Of a DNA stretch of 64,000 nucleotides, positions 48,181 to 62,097 are shown piece by piece (the first letter of the stretch is position 1; each line of letters starts with the position of its first letter). The stretch is from Felis catus. Taxonomy: Eukaryota. The stretch lies in the NCBI RefSeq assembly GCF_018350175.1, contig NC_058368.1:46068001-46132000 (forward strand), in the 5' to 3' direction. The translations under genes were made by a program, and so were the position numbers. Below the pieces are notes generated by a model, which saw nothing but the letters and a program-made list of their open reading frames with translations, searched no databases and was not told where the DNA came from.

Positions 48181-51169
48181 CCCTCAGTTCTGTTCCTTGA
48201 GGAATATCCCACAAGGGGCTAAGAGAAGTGAGGAAAACTGGAGCCACACAGTGAAGGGAAGCTTTGTGGAGTGTTAGGCCTGTCTAGACGAGGCATGAGA
48301 GAGAAAATGGAAATATTTCACTTATATTGCTTTTAATTTCTAACTACTAAAGTGTCCAAATATGCTCATAAATGTGATTAATCCTGACTTAAATGTTTAC
48401 ACAATATCTACACTGATGTTTAAGTAGAACAAATATCATTGCACGGGTTTTTTGTTTGTTTTTATGCTAGAGGGAGGAAAATGTGTTAAAATAATTTCTC
48501 CACCATAACCCAAGGAAAATTCTCACTGAAAAATGTGATAGAGACAAATTAACATACTAATATCATTAACATATTAATATCAGAATGCAATTAATGTAAT
48601 AATAAACAGCATGTATTAATGCAAATAGAACCATTTACAATTGTACTGTCAAATGCGTGTCTTGCTTCAAACAAGGAGTTTCTGAAACTCAGACATCTAT
48701 TTTTTAAAGCTAGCTTGTTTGTAACACACAAAAATACATATATGTACTATTTTCCAACATATCATTAGTAAAAAGGAATTATCTGCAAAACTTGTATGCT
48801 CGTGTCTGTGGCCACGAGTAATAAAAGGAGTGGGAAGGCACATATAAACCAGAGAAACACATATCTCCATAATATTGTTTCTTGATCAGAACACACATGA
48901 AAATGCTCATGACTGAAAGATCTGATGGGCTTTTTTTCTTACCACATTTTTCATTTGCCCAGGCTAAAAAAAGAAAACTAAATCTTTAGAAGTAAAGCTT
49001 CCACAGTTCCCAAAGTTATGTGATTCTCTTTGGTTCCTGCTTTAGTCCCCAACTGCAAAGAACCCATCTTTTATTCACTTGTATGATTCTTCTCTGTAGT
49101 TCCTAACATCCTTTTAATGCATTTTCTCAGGGACCACAAGAATGACATTCCTCTTCGAATCTTTGTCATTGTTCTTTAAAGTCCCAGCTTTTGCCATAGC
49201 CTTTTGTAGAAAGAAGATTCCCTATCCCACAGCTACATTCCTTCGGTTCTGCTCATTATCACTTAGAGGCGGCCTCAGCTCCTCAGTATATTCATCTTTC
49301 TTTGGTCCAGATCAATAGATCATTTTAAATCAGTGCACTGAAGACTGAAAGACCACCTTTTATTGCAGGCTGGTAGTTCAGACGTAAGAGAGTGAATGAT
49401 TTCTTGGGGTTTGTGGTCCATAATTATATTAACCTTGGTCCCACACCAAGCTATTTGAAACTTCTCACACCTCATTACCAGTCAATGCATCCTTCTCTGT
49501 ATAAGAATTGCATTGTTTGACTTTGAAAGACATGTTGTTAAAATCCCTTTACAGGTTGGTGATGTTTCTTTAGAAGAGTGGAACAAATTTCATGGTCAAA
49601 GTCAAAATTTTAGCACCCTTTTTATCACAAGGATATCTAACCCTGTGAATCCCGGAACAGTCTATATTGTTGCAAGAGAGTTGGAGAAAAAGAAAGAAGC
49701 AAATTGTTTTAACCATTACCATATTAATAATATGCTTTACACTTTAGCAAGTAACTCTATTATATATTTGTGTTCAGTGTTTTCTAAATTAAATGTATCA
49801 CCGCAAATCATAGAAAACAAACTAGTAATTATGATTGATTGATGTACTTTTAAATTATTTTGCAATCAATGACCTTAATCCTTCCTTGAGTAAAAAGAGA
49901 AATCGTTTGGGGAGTGGAAAGAACTTTTACTAATGTGAATGAAATGGTTCCTTCTGGGATATTTCCTTGAGACTGTACTGGACATCTTCGAAACAGATTG
50001 AGCAGTTATGAATCCAGCCTAACTAATTAAAGTCTCATTAAATAAACAAACAACAACAAACCATAGAAACCACATTATCTGTATTTTACTAAGCCTTATG
50101 AGGTAACCATCTTGTCTGTCACTTAAAAATAATATCAACGAGAGATTACATATTTGATTGCCATTGAATGATTAAACAGACTAAAGCCAAAAGTTCCTCT
50201 GTTTGCTCTAAGAGGGAAGCTGGAAGACAAAGGGGGAACTATATAAAGTCCCAACTGTTCCTTTTTATGAGAAAACGGTCAGACAAAGACTGGATGAGCA
50301 AAAGGGCAATTGTTTGTAGTGAGTATCACCCAGGGAATTCCTAAAACGTAGTGCATTCGCTCAGCATGAAAGACGGTGTTTGCTGTTTTATTAGATGGGG
50401 TTAATGATTTATCTTGGGGAGATGGTTGGAAAATGAAATCAATGTTGGGGTCAGAATTAGAACTCATATAGTTTGAAAACTTCTAGGTCATGAACTATCT
50501 TGAAAATATAAAAGGTATATACATACTTATACAAAGTTGGGGGAAAAGGACAAAAGTCTAATTAAACAAATTAATCATCTCCTAACTCAACATTTCACTA
50601 ATTATCCCAATCATCTCCAGGTATCCAGTCTTCCTAAATTATAACAAAAATCTTAATTGTTAGAACAAAAGTTTTCTAACACATAAATACCATATAACAA
50701 AGTAAAGTGCCTCTGAAATCATCACTAAAATGGGTATTCTAATTCATAAAATTTTCTAATTAACCCAAGCAACATATGCGCTTTAATTTTCATATTAGAA
50801 ATCACCGTAAAGTGTATCAGGCCAATTTCATTCCCAAGTAACCATAGTATATTGACACACGGATCTAGGCATCTTGTGGGATCCTGAGGATACCATGCTG
50901 AACATAATTTTTCAAACTAGAGACCTACAAATTTAAAACATATATGTCTTTTAGTATATATTTGAGGCCATATATATATGGACACGTTTACTTCTGATAA
51001 TATCACCATCAATGATTTAATACCAGACAATATTGTAAATTTCCCGGTTCAATTCTGGATTAAATTTTCAGAATCTTTTCCTTCACAGATATTTTATCAT
51101 GATCAGAAGATATATATGAAATTGTCCTTTTGAAGCAATTCTCATCCCTTTCTATATTTAAACATTTTA

Positions 51170-51390
51170 TTTTTTTTTTATTTTTTTCAACATTTATTTA
51201 TTTTTGGGACAGAGAGAGACAGAGCATGAACGGGGGAGGGGCAGAGAGAGAGGGAGACACAGAATCGGAAACAGGCTCCAGGCTCTGAGCCATCAGCCCA
51301 GAGCCCGACGCGGGGCTCGAACGCACGGACCGCGAGATCGTGACCTGGCTGAAGTCGGACGCTTAACCGACTGCGCCACCCAGGCGCCCC
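51170..51390 (-). mobile_element. Young SINEC_Fc
   Basis: CpG-intact; perfect 17-bp TSD tatatttaaacatttta (51153-51169, 51391-51407). Confidence 0.98.
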
Positions 51391-54300
51391 TATATTTAAA
51401 CATTTTAATAAGCACTCTATCATGGTTTGTTTGGTGCAACTAAGATGTCTACATGAGCACAAACATCTGCCTCTTGGGTCTTTAACTTATCTCTCCAGCT
51501 TATAGTATTATCCTTTTGCTTTAAAGGAAAACTTCATTTTCATGACTCAAAGTCCTTCTGTTTGTGCATTCTGAAGCCTTAGGCAATACCAATTCTTGAG
51601 GGGGAGGTGTCAGCTATAGGCTCAACGAAATTACCACCCAGATACCTTTGTCCTTTGTCCCCACTTCCTCTGCAGTTCCCGTGAGTTTCTGCAGATTTCA
51701 TGTCTACCTGGGAGATGAAAACTTTTTATGAGTCTCTCTATGATTTTGTCTGCCTAGGAGATCATGCTCCCATTCCACTGGAGCAGGGGAGGGAGGGGGA
51801 TAGAGGGGAGGGGCAGTTTGCTGCATCTCTAGTGCTTCTTAACAGGCACTGGGTCTCTGAAGCTAAAAGAACCAAAGGAATCTGTCTTTCTCCCATCCCT
51901 CAGGCCCAGGAATATCATTTGCAGTCTGAGAAACCTAACTAGCTCTTTCATTGCATACCAAGAAACTGTCCTGCAAGAAAGTCCTGTCTCTCCTTAAATC
52001 CCTTCATATATACTTCAAGTTCTACAGAAGAAGGATGTTTTACTAATTTTAGAATCTAAGTAAAGCACGTATGCTTAAAATTTAAAGAGAAGCCTTAAAA
52101 GAAAAGAATTATAACTTTAAACCAGTGGACTAGAAAAAATAAATTTAAAAACCTCAACATTGAGTCCAAATAAGTCAAGGGAAAGAAAAAAGAAGCAAGA
52201 AAATGTAGGGCATGTAACAAAACACAAATAAAACACCAGACATAAATACAAATATATTGGCAATCATAATAAGTACAAAATACTACACATCAATAATTAA
52301 AGTTAGATATTATCAGACTGGTTCTCCAAAATTGCATTCAGAAACAAACTATTTACTAAAGACAATACCAGACTTTAAGACACAGAAAGGCTGAAAGTAA
52401 AAGCTTGGGAAATAGATGTGGGAATAAATTTATCAGTAGGTAGCTATTTTAGCTCTTTGCACCTGAGACATAGTAGACTTAGGCATATACATTACTGCGG
52501 TAATAAAGGAGTCATTGTATAATTAATGATTTCTAATTGGTAAGGAATCACAATAATTAAAATTTATATGGGCCTAATAACATGAAATTAAAATAAGTAA
52601 AGCAAAAAATTTAACTCAGAAGAAATTAAAACTCTAGAATTGTAGTACAATATTTTCATACACCTTTTTCAGTACTGGATAATCATGTAAAAATCAGTTT
52701 TACAAGGTCCGGATATAACAATTAGCAAGATTGACATGTTAGAGAAACTATGATCTCTGCATATAGTAGTAACAAGAACATTCACGTTCTTTCCAAGCAC
52801 ATATGAATTATTTACAAAAAATTTAAAGACCATGCACAAGGTCAGAAAGTTTATACCAACAAACATCAAAGAATAAGTCTATGTGTGACTCCAGTAACAT
52901 TGAGTTATATATCAATAAAATTGCATCTATTGGAAATTTTAAGCATTCTAAATAAATCATGGTTTAACAAATGAAAATGATAATCATCAAACATTTAAAA
53001 GAAAATGATTTTGAGACTACTTCAAATAAAATTAATCTTGTAGAGCTTAGCTAAAGTAGTACCTAGAGGAAAATTTATAGCATCAAATTCATGTTTCAGA
53101 AAGAATAGAGACAAAATTCATAGAGTAACTGGTTCAAGAAGTTAGAAAATGGCCAACATAGCAATCCCTTTGGAAAAAGGATACTGGAAAAAGGAAAGAA
53201 AGAATGGAGAAGATCATCAAACCAAAAGCTGGCTCTCTGGAAAAAAAGACCTTTTATAAGATTGGCCACAAAATAAACAATAAAACAATATGAGAAATAT
53301 TTTTTTAAAGAGTCAACCACTTGGGGTCCTTAATTTTAACTGCTATGCACAGCTGTTTGAAAAAAAGGATGGGGAGGGATTAGGGTGGGGGTTTTGTATC
53401 TCACCCTCCTTACTGTCTAATGCCCTTTATGTGGTTCTCATGGATAGCTCTCCTCCAAGCAGTAACTTCAAGCCAGGATCTTTGCACCTTTCATAACATT
53501 AACCAAAATCATAGACTTTCAGATTCAGGAAGCAGAATAAACCCCAAGTAAGATACATAAAATAAATTTTTATTTATATATATTGAAGTGAAATTTCAGT
53601 CTTTTGGTTCCACCTCCCTTTAGGGCTCCCTCAGAGCCCTTCACTGTATTTATTTTATTTGTCTGAAAACAAAGAGAATGATCATAATGGTATGGTGGGA
53701 TATTTTAGAGCTAGATCTGGAAATTGTGGATATTCTGTTCCTCACCTCCATTAGCCAAAATATATTATGTGTACTCAATCTACCAGCAAGAAGCCTGGAA
53801 AGAGGGCTGGTAACCATTAGATAGTCTCTACCACAGTAGATAACATTACATGTAATAGAGAGGGGTTACATATCGTTTGGAATATTATGAACCATTCACA
53901 CTCAAACATTTGTAATCTTAAGAAGAAACGGGCATTTGTCTAGAAATATATACAGCATACAAACTGATGCTAAAAAAAAGAATGGCTAAAGAGTCAAGCC
54001 CAGATCTATCCATTGAAAAATTGAATCAGAAGTTAAAATTCTACCCGCATACAAGTATCAGCAGAGATTAATTTATGGATGATTTTTTGTAAAATAGAAC
54101 ACAGAAAAATTGCACAGAAAAATTTAAAGGATAAACATGAAAACTTGCAAGTAATGTTAAGGGATTAGTATGACATTGATACCAACATTAACAAGGGAGA
54201 GTATAGAAAATAAAAATAATAAGACTCAAAATATAGGTATAAATATGTAAATAAATACTAATTCCATTACTCCAACAACGTAATTTTTTAAAATTGACAA

Positions 54301-54419
54301 ATGCAAAAGTGGTTGGCCTCAAAAATATAATATTAAGTAATTATAAGTATAATTTTATCAACTTTACCAAAGTAATGATTAAAGAAAATGATTTCTGTAA
54401 TTACCAAAAGAGTAAAAGC

Positions 54420-54555
54420 CATATACAATTGTATATATGTATGTGTGTAAATATATATAAATATATATGCATATAATATACATATTTAATTTATATATAT
54501 AATTTATATATATATATATATTTACACATTGATATATATATATATTTACACACTG
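54420..54555. repeat. (TA)n low-complexity tract
   Basis: Directly visible. Confidence 0.9.
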
Positions 54556-55503
54556 TTAATGCTAAAATCTTAGGGTTATTTTCTTTAAAATTGAGGTGAA
54601 TGTCTACCTCATCATTTTTTAGTCAACTGTATTTGAAGTCCTAGGCAATGACACAAAGCAAGAAAAATATGACATGTAAAGACATATTAGGATATAGGGA
54701 AAAACAAAATAATAGAAAATATTGCAATACATAGCATATATATATGCTAATTATATATGCATATCTATGTTTGTATGTATGGTTTTTATGTGGCAAAGTG
54801 AGTTTGCAACTCTAGGGAAATGATGTACTATTCAATACATTGTACATCATTTATTGGCAACTCATATATAGAAAAAAATGTTAATGATACTCCTGTAAGA
54901 AACCATGTACAAATATAACTTCCTGCTAGAATGAATAAATAAAACATAGAAAAAGCTTAACAAGAAAAATGCCTTTTATAGAATATCCACAAAAAGTGAT
55001 TTTGCAAATAGCATATGTAAGATTAAATAAGATATTTTAACAATACCTAGCAAAGTTGAAAATGCACATAAATTCCATTTTGAATTATATATTCTAGAGA
55101 ACACTCACACATGTACAAGGAGACTTTACAAGAGAGTTGACTGAAGCATTTTTTGGCAAAACTATCAAACAATTTAAAACGTCATCCAATGAAAGGATGG
55201 ATGAATTGTTATTTAATCATTGCAATATTAATACAACACACTAGTTCTACAAAAATCAGTATGATGACTCTCTAATACATTTTGTTAAATAAGAAAAATC
55301 AAGTTTCACATGATATAGCAAGATACAATTATAGAAATTAAAAATATAAAAATTAATATGTGCTATATAGGGTATGTGATTTTATAGTAATAATTTAGCA
55401 TATTAAAAGGAACAATGCTCATGTATTCAAGATATTTATTTTATGTTAGGAGTGGATGATGCCGAATAAAATGGAAAGGATCACTTTAAGGGCATCTCTA
55501 ACA

Positions 55504-55709
55504 CAGGTTTACCCTGCTATCCAAATGTTCGCTTTACACCACTTCACTTTTACTAAAGACCCATACCACTATCTGTTTTCACCAACAAAAAGAAATCCAA
55601 AGAGGATTTTTTGCTTTTAGGAAACGGCAATTGCTTCTTCACTCATATCATTTCAGCTTATGAAAGTTTTCATAGGAATATTCTGATTCTGGATAGCAGG
55701 GGGAACCCG
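55504..55709. mobile_element. Tc1/mariner (Tigger-type) MITE
   Basis: Terminal inverted repeats caggtttaccctgctatcc / ggatagcagggggaacccg (16/19); TA on the right flank, CA on the left. Confidence 0.8.
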
Positions 55710-57854
55710 TATTTATTTCTTAGAAATCTAAATTTTGAAATAAAGACGATAAAATGTTAATCTATCTGCTGGGCACATAAGGTGCCTCTGTGTTTGACAT
55801 ATGTGTTTGACATATTACATAATTAAAATATTTTAAAAGGTTTTTGTTTCCAAGTGTTTACAAGAAGAATGTTAAACCAGCTTTTCAAAGAGTTTTCAAG
55901 AATTATTAGACCATGAGAGTTATATTTGGTTCCTCAAATGTTCGTTGACCCAAATTAAATTACAAATGCCATTGCTTCAGCCTTCCATTCAACCATACTC
56001 TTTTAGTGTTCTAGTAATCAGCAGGTTAAAAGAAGACAAGCTCCTTCCTGCAACAAGTTTTCTCAGAGTTCCAACAAAATGTAACTTGTTATAAAACCCA
56101 AGCTGACAGGAAATGTGAACAAAGAACACTAAATTTATTTTAGGCACTGAGCATATGGGTCAATGCTTATTTGCATGACTGTCAACAAAACAATTCTCCT
56201 TTGTTGCTACTTATAACTTTCATGTATTCACTGCCTTTGAATCAAATTGAATCTACCCTTAGTCAATCACCTTTCTTCTTTATCATTATCAATTAATATT
56301 TTTAAGCCCTCTGAACTGTTTCACTTTGTATTGAATTTTCTGATAATGAGATACCAAATTGAGTCCTCAGTATGTTTTTAAAACTTGATATAGATCTCAT
56401 TTGTCGATGTCTTCAAGAGCAGTCTGAGACTTGCTACTCTGCCTGGCTTCCTCAAGACTAATTCAAAGTGTGTCTATGCTTAATTCACTCGATAGCTGAT
56501 ATGAGGGCAAGAGCTTCCATCCTGGATTGATTTAATATCCATCCTTAGGTTTACTTCATCAGCTCTAAGGATACTTTTACCCTACTACGCAAACAGTGAG
56601 GGGGAGGAAGGGATTTGGAGGCTGAACATTAGAACATTTGGGGGGAATTTCATGGCAATTAAGATTTACAGGTAATTTTATAAACTATTTCTGCGTGCAA
56701 TTCCAAATGCCTAATGGATGATTTTCTCCTTTATTTCCTCTTCTGCATCCCATCAAGGACTACTGCTTACCATCAAGCTTATATTCTGCTCAGTATGTCC
56801 CCATCTTCTATTTCGGCTGAAGACATTGTAGCATTTTCAGAGACCTCATCCTGAACACAAGTTCTCAATGCTGTTTCTGGCTCTATTTTTGCACACGTAT
56901 ATTTAGCCAAATGCCAAGGTATATAAAAACATTCTACCATCTAAAGTGAAGTTATATTTGATCTTGGACTGAATATAGAAAGTGCCTGGCACGTAGTAAG
57001 TACTCAGTTAAGGTCAGTTGTTGCTGAGAACATCATAAGGTTACCGACTTCTCCACAAGAGACAATTTCCAATTTTACTGTAAAGTAAATTCACATATAA
57101 ATTGCTTATTGTGAGTTTCATTTTAGAAATATTTTAAAACGTATTTACTGCCTATAATGAATGATTCAAGAAATAAAAATAATAATTTTCAGAAGTCTGA
57201 TTTAATGTTTTTGTGCTACACCATGCCCTAAGCTCATTCATCTTAGATCTCCATAAAGATAAACATTATTCTTGTGGCCAAAAGAATATCCCTTCAGTCT
57301 CACTTGAGAAGGCTTTCTATAGAATGGTAAAGAGAATTAGGAAAACCCTCAAATATGGTCTCAAGGTGTCTGGAAGGCCACTTAAGGCTCACTACCAAGA
57401 ACAAAAGCTAAGGGCTACCATTATTGTATCTCCAATGGTGGGCAAACCATTGACTACGAGTAACCTGCAATATCTCTTGGGCTTTGTATCACTTCTATTT
57501 TAAAATATATGTGACCTATTTTTCTATCGGAATAGCAGTTAAAAACTTTAAAGTAGAAGAGGTATATATATGTTTATAGGGAGGTAAGGACAGGTTAGTT
57601 GAGAAAGTTTTGTGGCCAGTCTTGCAGACCGGAAACTTCAGTGAAACGTGAATGGCTTCCAAGGAGAGAAAAACAGTGTCAAAGGAAGTGAAAAAATTAG
57701 CTGAGGAGTCAATTGGCAACTGAAATGAGACTGCACCAACATGATATGTTTATATTATTTGAAAAATTCCCAATGGGCAGAGGGTGTCTATCAATTTGGG
57801 TCCATGTATAGCTCCACATTTCCAAAAATTCTTTGGTGTTTTCCCATATTTATG

Positions 57855-57896
57855 CGTATGTATGGATGTATGTATGCGTTTATGTGTGTATGTATA

Positions 57897-57937
<41 letters not shown>
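57855..57937. repeat. (TATG)n/(TG)n microsatellite
   Basis: Directly visible. Confidence 0.95.
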
Positions 57938-57938
<1 letters not shown>

Positions 57939-58100
57939 ATTTGAAAAGCTAAAAGTAACATTACTCTCTACATGCTATAATTTTTATTTTGACTTTATTT
58001 TGTTTGTCCTTAAAAAACAATTTAATGTCTGCATTAATAGTGTACATAGTTTAATTTATTAAAATTATTTACTATCAATTTATTAAAAATTATTTAAGTT

Positions 58101-58235
58101 GGGGTTCTCTGATAAAATGCACAACACCTAGTTAAATTTGACTTTCAGGTAAACAAGGCATTACATTTTTAGTATAAGTATATACCAAATATTACATGGG
58201 ACATACTTATGAGAAAACTATGAAAATATATTCTG
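58101..58235 (+). mobile_element. MER53 (palindromic hAT MITE), truncated
   Basis: gataaaatgcacaacacctagttaaatttgactttcag...tagtataagtatataccaaatattacatgggacatacttat. Confidence 0.8.
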
Positions 58236-58324
58236 TATGGGCCTCAAAACTGGTCTTAAATCTTTGGAAATTATATGTATAAAAATTATATACATTATGG
58301 TTTAATTCCCAACTTACTGATTAC

Positions 58325-58440
58325 TGCCAAAATGTAAGTAAAGTGGAGGCAGGAATTTCTGTCTGTTTTGTCCAGTGCTATAGTCCACCCTCCAGCATAA
58401 AGGAGGCATTCATGAATATTTATACAAATGAAATGATGGA
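58325..58440 (+). mobile_element. L2 3' tail
   Basis: aatgtaag...ggcaggaatttctgtctgttttgtccagtgct...aggcattcatgaatattt. Confidence 0.7.
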
Positions 58441-58498
58441 GACTGAAATTTTTTGTAGGAGTTTAAAGCCCATTGTATTGTTTTCTATAAATTATTTT

Positions 58499-58706
58499 TA
58501 ATTTTTTTAATGTTTATTTTTTGAGAAAGAGAGACAAAATGTGAGCGAGGGAGGTACATAGAGAGAGGAAGGCACAGAATCTGAAGCAGGCTCCAGGCTC
58601 TAAGCTGTCAGCACAGAGAGCAACATGGGGCTCAAACTCATGGACCACGAGATCATGACCTGAGCTGAAGTCAGATGCTCAACCGACTCAGCCACCCAGT
58701 CGCCCC
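58499..58706 (-). mobile_element. Can-SINE (SINEC_Fc-like, CpG-decayed)
   Basis: Full body; TSD tataaattatttt (58486-58498, 58707-58719). Confidence 0.96.
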
Positions 58707-61700
58707 TATAAATTATTTTAAATGCCTTAAACACATGCTTCCTTCAAGAAAAAAAATGAAACAATTCGGTATTTATTCAGAAGCAGGGGATCAAAAAAAA
58801 ATGACTATAGTCCCAAACACTTGAGTGTTTGACAATGCATTCTTAGGGAAGCAATCATTAATGAATAATTACAAAAGAAGGCAGCACTTAAGTATCTCAT
58901 AGAATCATGAGAAACATGATGTACAAATTTAGAAAAAAGTATCTAATTCTGGTTGGAGGGCATGATAGGTACCAGAAACATTGGATTTCCAACAGGTCCT
59001 ACAACAATGACAAATGCAATAGGTTCACGAGTTGAAGAATTTTTCAGCAGGCTGAAGAAAGGCATGAAATCTGGACAGTGCAAGGGTTATTCACAGAATG
59101 GAGTGAGATCCCACTTCCCTGAGATAGGAAGTCGAAGACAGAGGTAGTGGTAGATGAGGTTGGAAGAAAGGGTGGGACCTGACAAAAAACATTACATTCT
59201 AATTAACCAATTACAAGTGTGAAGATAATTACTTGTCAGAAGAAAACATTGGCAGAAGGAATGAAATTCTATCTGTATTCATAAGGTGTTGCCAACGATA
59301 GGTAAAACAGTCACTCTAGCCATTGGAATAAGAGTAAATATTCTTAGTTATAAATTCATAGAAAAAGAAGAGTGGCAAATATAAGCTTTCATTAAGGAGG
59401 AGTGTCTTCCATTTTAGTGCCCTATTTTTGAATCATGTCCTAAATTCACACAGAAGTGATATCCTCACCATGATGCCTCAGTTGCTTGTGTTTTAGGGTA
59501 AGCTACTTGGGAAATGTTTCCCTCGGCAACAGAAGCTTAGGAAAAGTATATGGATTGATGTATTTAATTTGCATTCCACTTGTAACACAATATGGCCTTC
59601 TGTATTTTTTTTTTAAAGCACTGACAGTGTGGGACATAATATTACTTTGTGGTATAAAGGCTATTGATAGAGTATGGCAGATTTAACTCAGAATACTGCA
59701 GCTTTTGTTAAACCATGCTTCATACTTCACCTCGTTTTGATATACAGGATGGAAATAAAATTATATGTCAGCATTAGAGTTTTGCATTAAATTGTAGATT
59801 TTTTTTGCCCCCATCATATCTTCCTGCAAAGGGGACAGATTTGTAGAGGACAGCATTTTTCTCATTTGTGACATATCTGCACAAATACAATATATAATTT
59901 TCGGCAAGAATATTGTTCCATGTGAGGAAAAAAAATAATGCCCTGGGTTATTATTTCAACTCGCAAGTCTGGATGCTGTACTTTGATATTATTTATTTGA
60001 AGTTTATGTAGCATATATTACTTGAAATTTGAAAGCTGCTTTATTAATTCTAACAGTCAGAGCATTCTAAGCTAAGAAAAGCTGTCCTTCCACTTAGTTG
60101 AATGCTCAAGCACAAAATTATTAAAAAACATCATGTGCACAAAATGCAGCAGTAAGCTGATTTGTGTGCACAAGAGGGCTGTTTGTCCTCAAAAGTACAT
60201 TCTTAAATAAGAAGGGAGTTGGAAAGAAAAGGCAAACAGCACCTTGAAGTAAAAGAACAGGAGCAGATGTCCTTTAGCTGTGTGTTTTATTGATTTATAA
60301 ACACTCAGTCGGGCTCCCTCATCTCTGCAGAGTAATTTAGATATGGGAAAATATCTGTGAAATATATTGATTGTGTTATTGATTGAAAAGCCAATTGCTG
60401 TTGCACTCCTGTTTTACCATTTAAGTCCTGACACATTTTGACATATGAGCCAGCTGTGACTACTGCCTCGATTCTGCAATAAGATAATGTGAAAGCTGTC
60501 ATAACCACTTCTCTGTCAGCCTTGAGGATTTACAGCAGGTTGGTGCTGCTATTTAGTTTCCTCTTTAACTACCTGAATAATGAGAATTTGTTAAGGCTTT
60601 TACTCTAGTGTGTCCGTGTTTGTTTGCATTGGGTGTGTCTAGGGCTGTACACAAACGCTTACTAGTTTTTGTTTCACATAGTGGACTGGTACTTGATGAA
60701 TTAAAAAGAAATACATACGGAACCATTTTCACAGTATCTTCATACTGAATCTGTGCACATGAAAACGACGTTATCTGTGCAAATAATTTTCTCTTTCTGT
60801 GGGAAAATTTGATTTCAGAACATGTTGCAGTAATTTTCACTTGTCGGGTTGGTTTCTACTCAGCAGCAAAGAGAAGGAATGGGGGGGGATCCACTCCTTT
60901 CTATTTCCAGATTTGTTATTTATTAATTGTATGAAAAACAAAGACAATTTACACAAAAATTACTCAGTATCTTTGATTTGAAAAGAAAAGTAAGTTAGCT
61001 TCTAAACCCACCCATTAAAACTCATAAAAATTCATGTATCTCCACAAAGCACACTTTTAAAAAATCTGAATATTAGGACAGACCTCATTAAATGATTAAC
61101 ACTCTAAATACTGTTTCCTGCTTCTGGTCACATAATCATAATGCACAAGAAAAACTCCTCTAAATCACCCTTTTGATGCATATAGTCAATATGGACCTTT
61201 TCCAAATAAGGCTGTTTAAATGTATACTATACATTATTAAAGCTGGTGTCCATAATATTCCCCTTATATTCTGATGCATCTTCTCGTTGTCACACAATCT
61301 CTCTGATTAATCACAAGCAGCATGATGGTTCGTTCTTTTCTAGTTTATTTAAAAGCACCCTTCAATTTATGTAAACCAATGAAACAGGTCCATTGTAAGG
61401 AGCAGTGCTGATGTAAATAGCTTGGGAACAATGCTCCATATTATAAGGATGGGCAGTGGATGACTCCTCTGGGAAATGAAAATGTTCATTTAACAATATG
61501 AATGGCACACCATTCTGGCAAATGACTGACATATCAGCAGTGTTAAGCATTAGGCCTGTGATTGATTTGGATCCAACTTGGAAAAATCCAGCATTTCTTT
61601 CCAATGCACAGGCTTCCTATAATGTGGAATCTTTTAGAAGTATATCCCAGAGCCTCAATATCATCCTCTAAAGCAGATTTCACCTTCAAATGAAATTACA

Positions 61701-61989
61701 GGCAGTCTTTATGTAAATTAACAAAACATCAAATAGATTCTGATAAGGTAAAATCTTTAGTCCAAACACAAGACTGCTTTAGAATGTGACACCAGAGAAG
61801 TGGAGCAGAGAGGTGGACAAGGCAGGAGCGTGTATACTGCGCAGTACGCAGAACCACCCTGTGAAGCTGGAGTAGCCAGCCATTCCTTCTAACTGCCTGC
61901 TGTCCTCTCTACCTGAGAGGCAGGATTACAGTAAGATCCTTAAGGGGAAGCTGTGTCGGAAGTTCTTCTTGAGTCTTACTGAGCAAAAT

Positions 61990-62090
61990 AATTGTCCCAG
62001 GAATGTGTTAAAAATGCAAATTCCTGGTACCCCTGCAGAGATTCCGGACTAGTAGGCCGAGAATAAAGCACAGGTAGAGCGTTTCATTAA
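61990..62090. mobile_element. MER5-type hAT fragment
   Basis: tgttaaaaatgcaaattcctgg...cagagattccggactagtagg. Confidence 0.6.
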
Positions 62091-62097
62091 AAATACG

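Larger units (their letters stand above)
52050..55830 (+). mobile_element. Decayed L1ME-like ORF2 to 3' end, with nested fragments
   Basis: A-rich; endonuclease-region DNA (cacagaaaggctgaaagtaaaag), aaaccaaaagctgg (KSW motif) at ~53220, old 3' UTR at 55000-55830; MLT-like insert at ~53640-53835. Confidence 0.7.
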
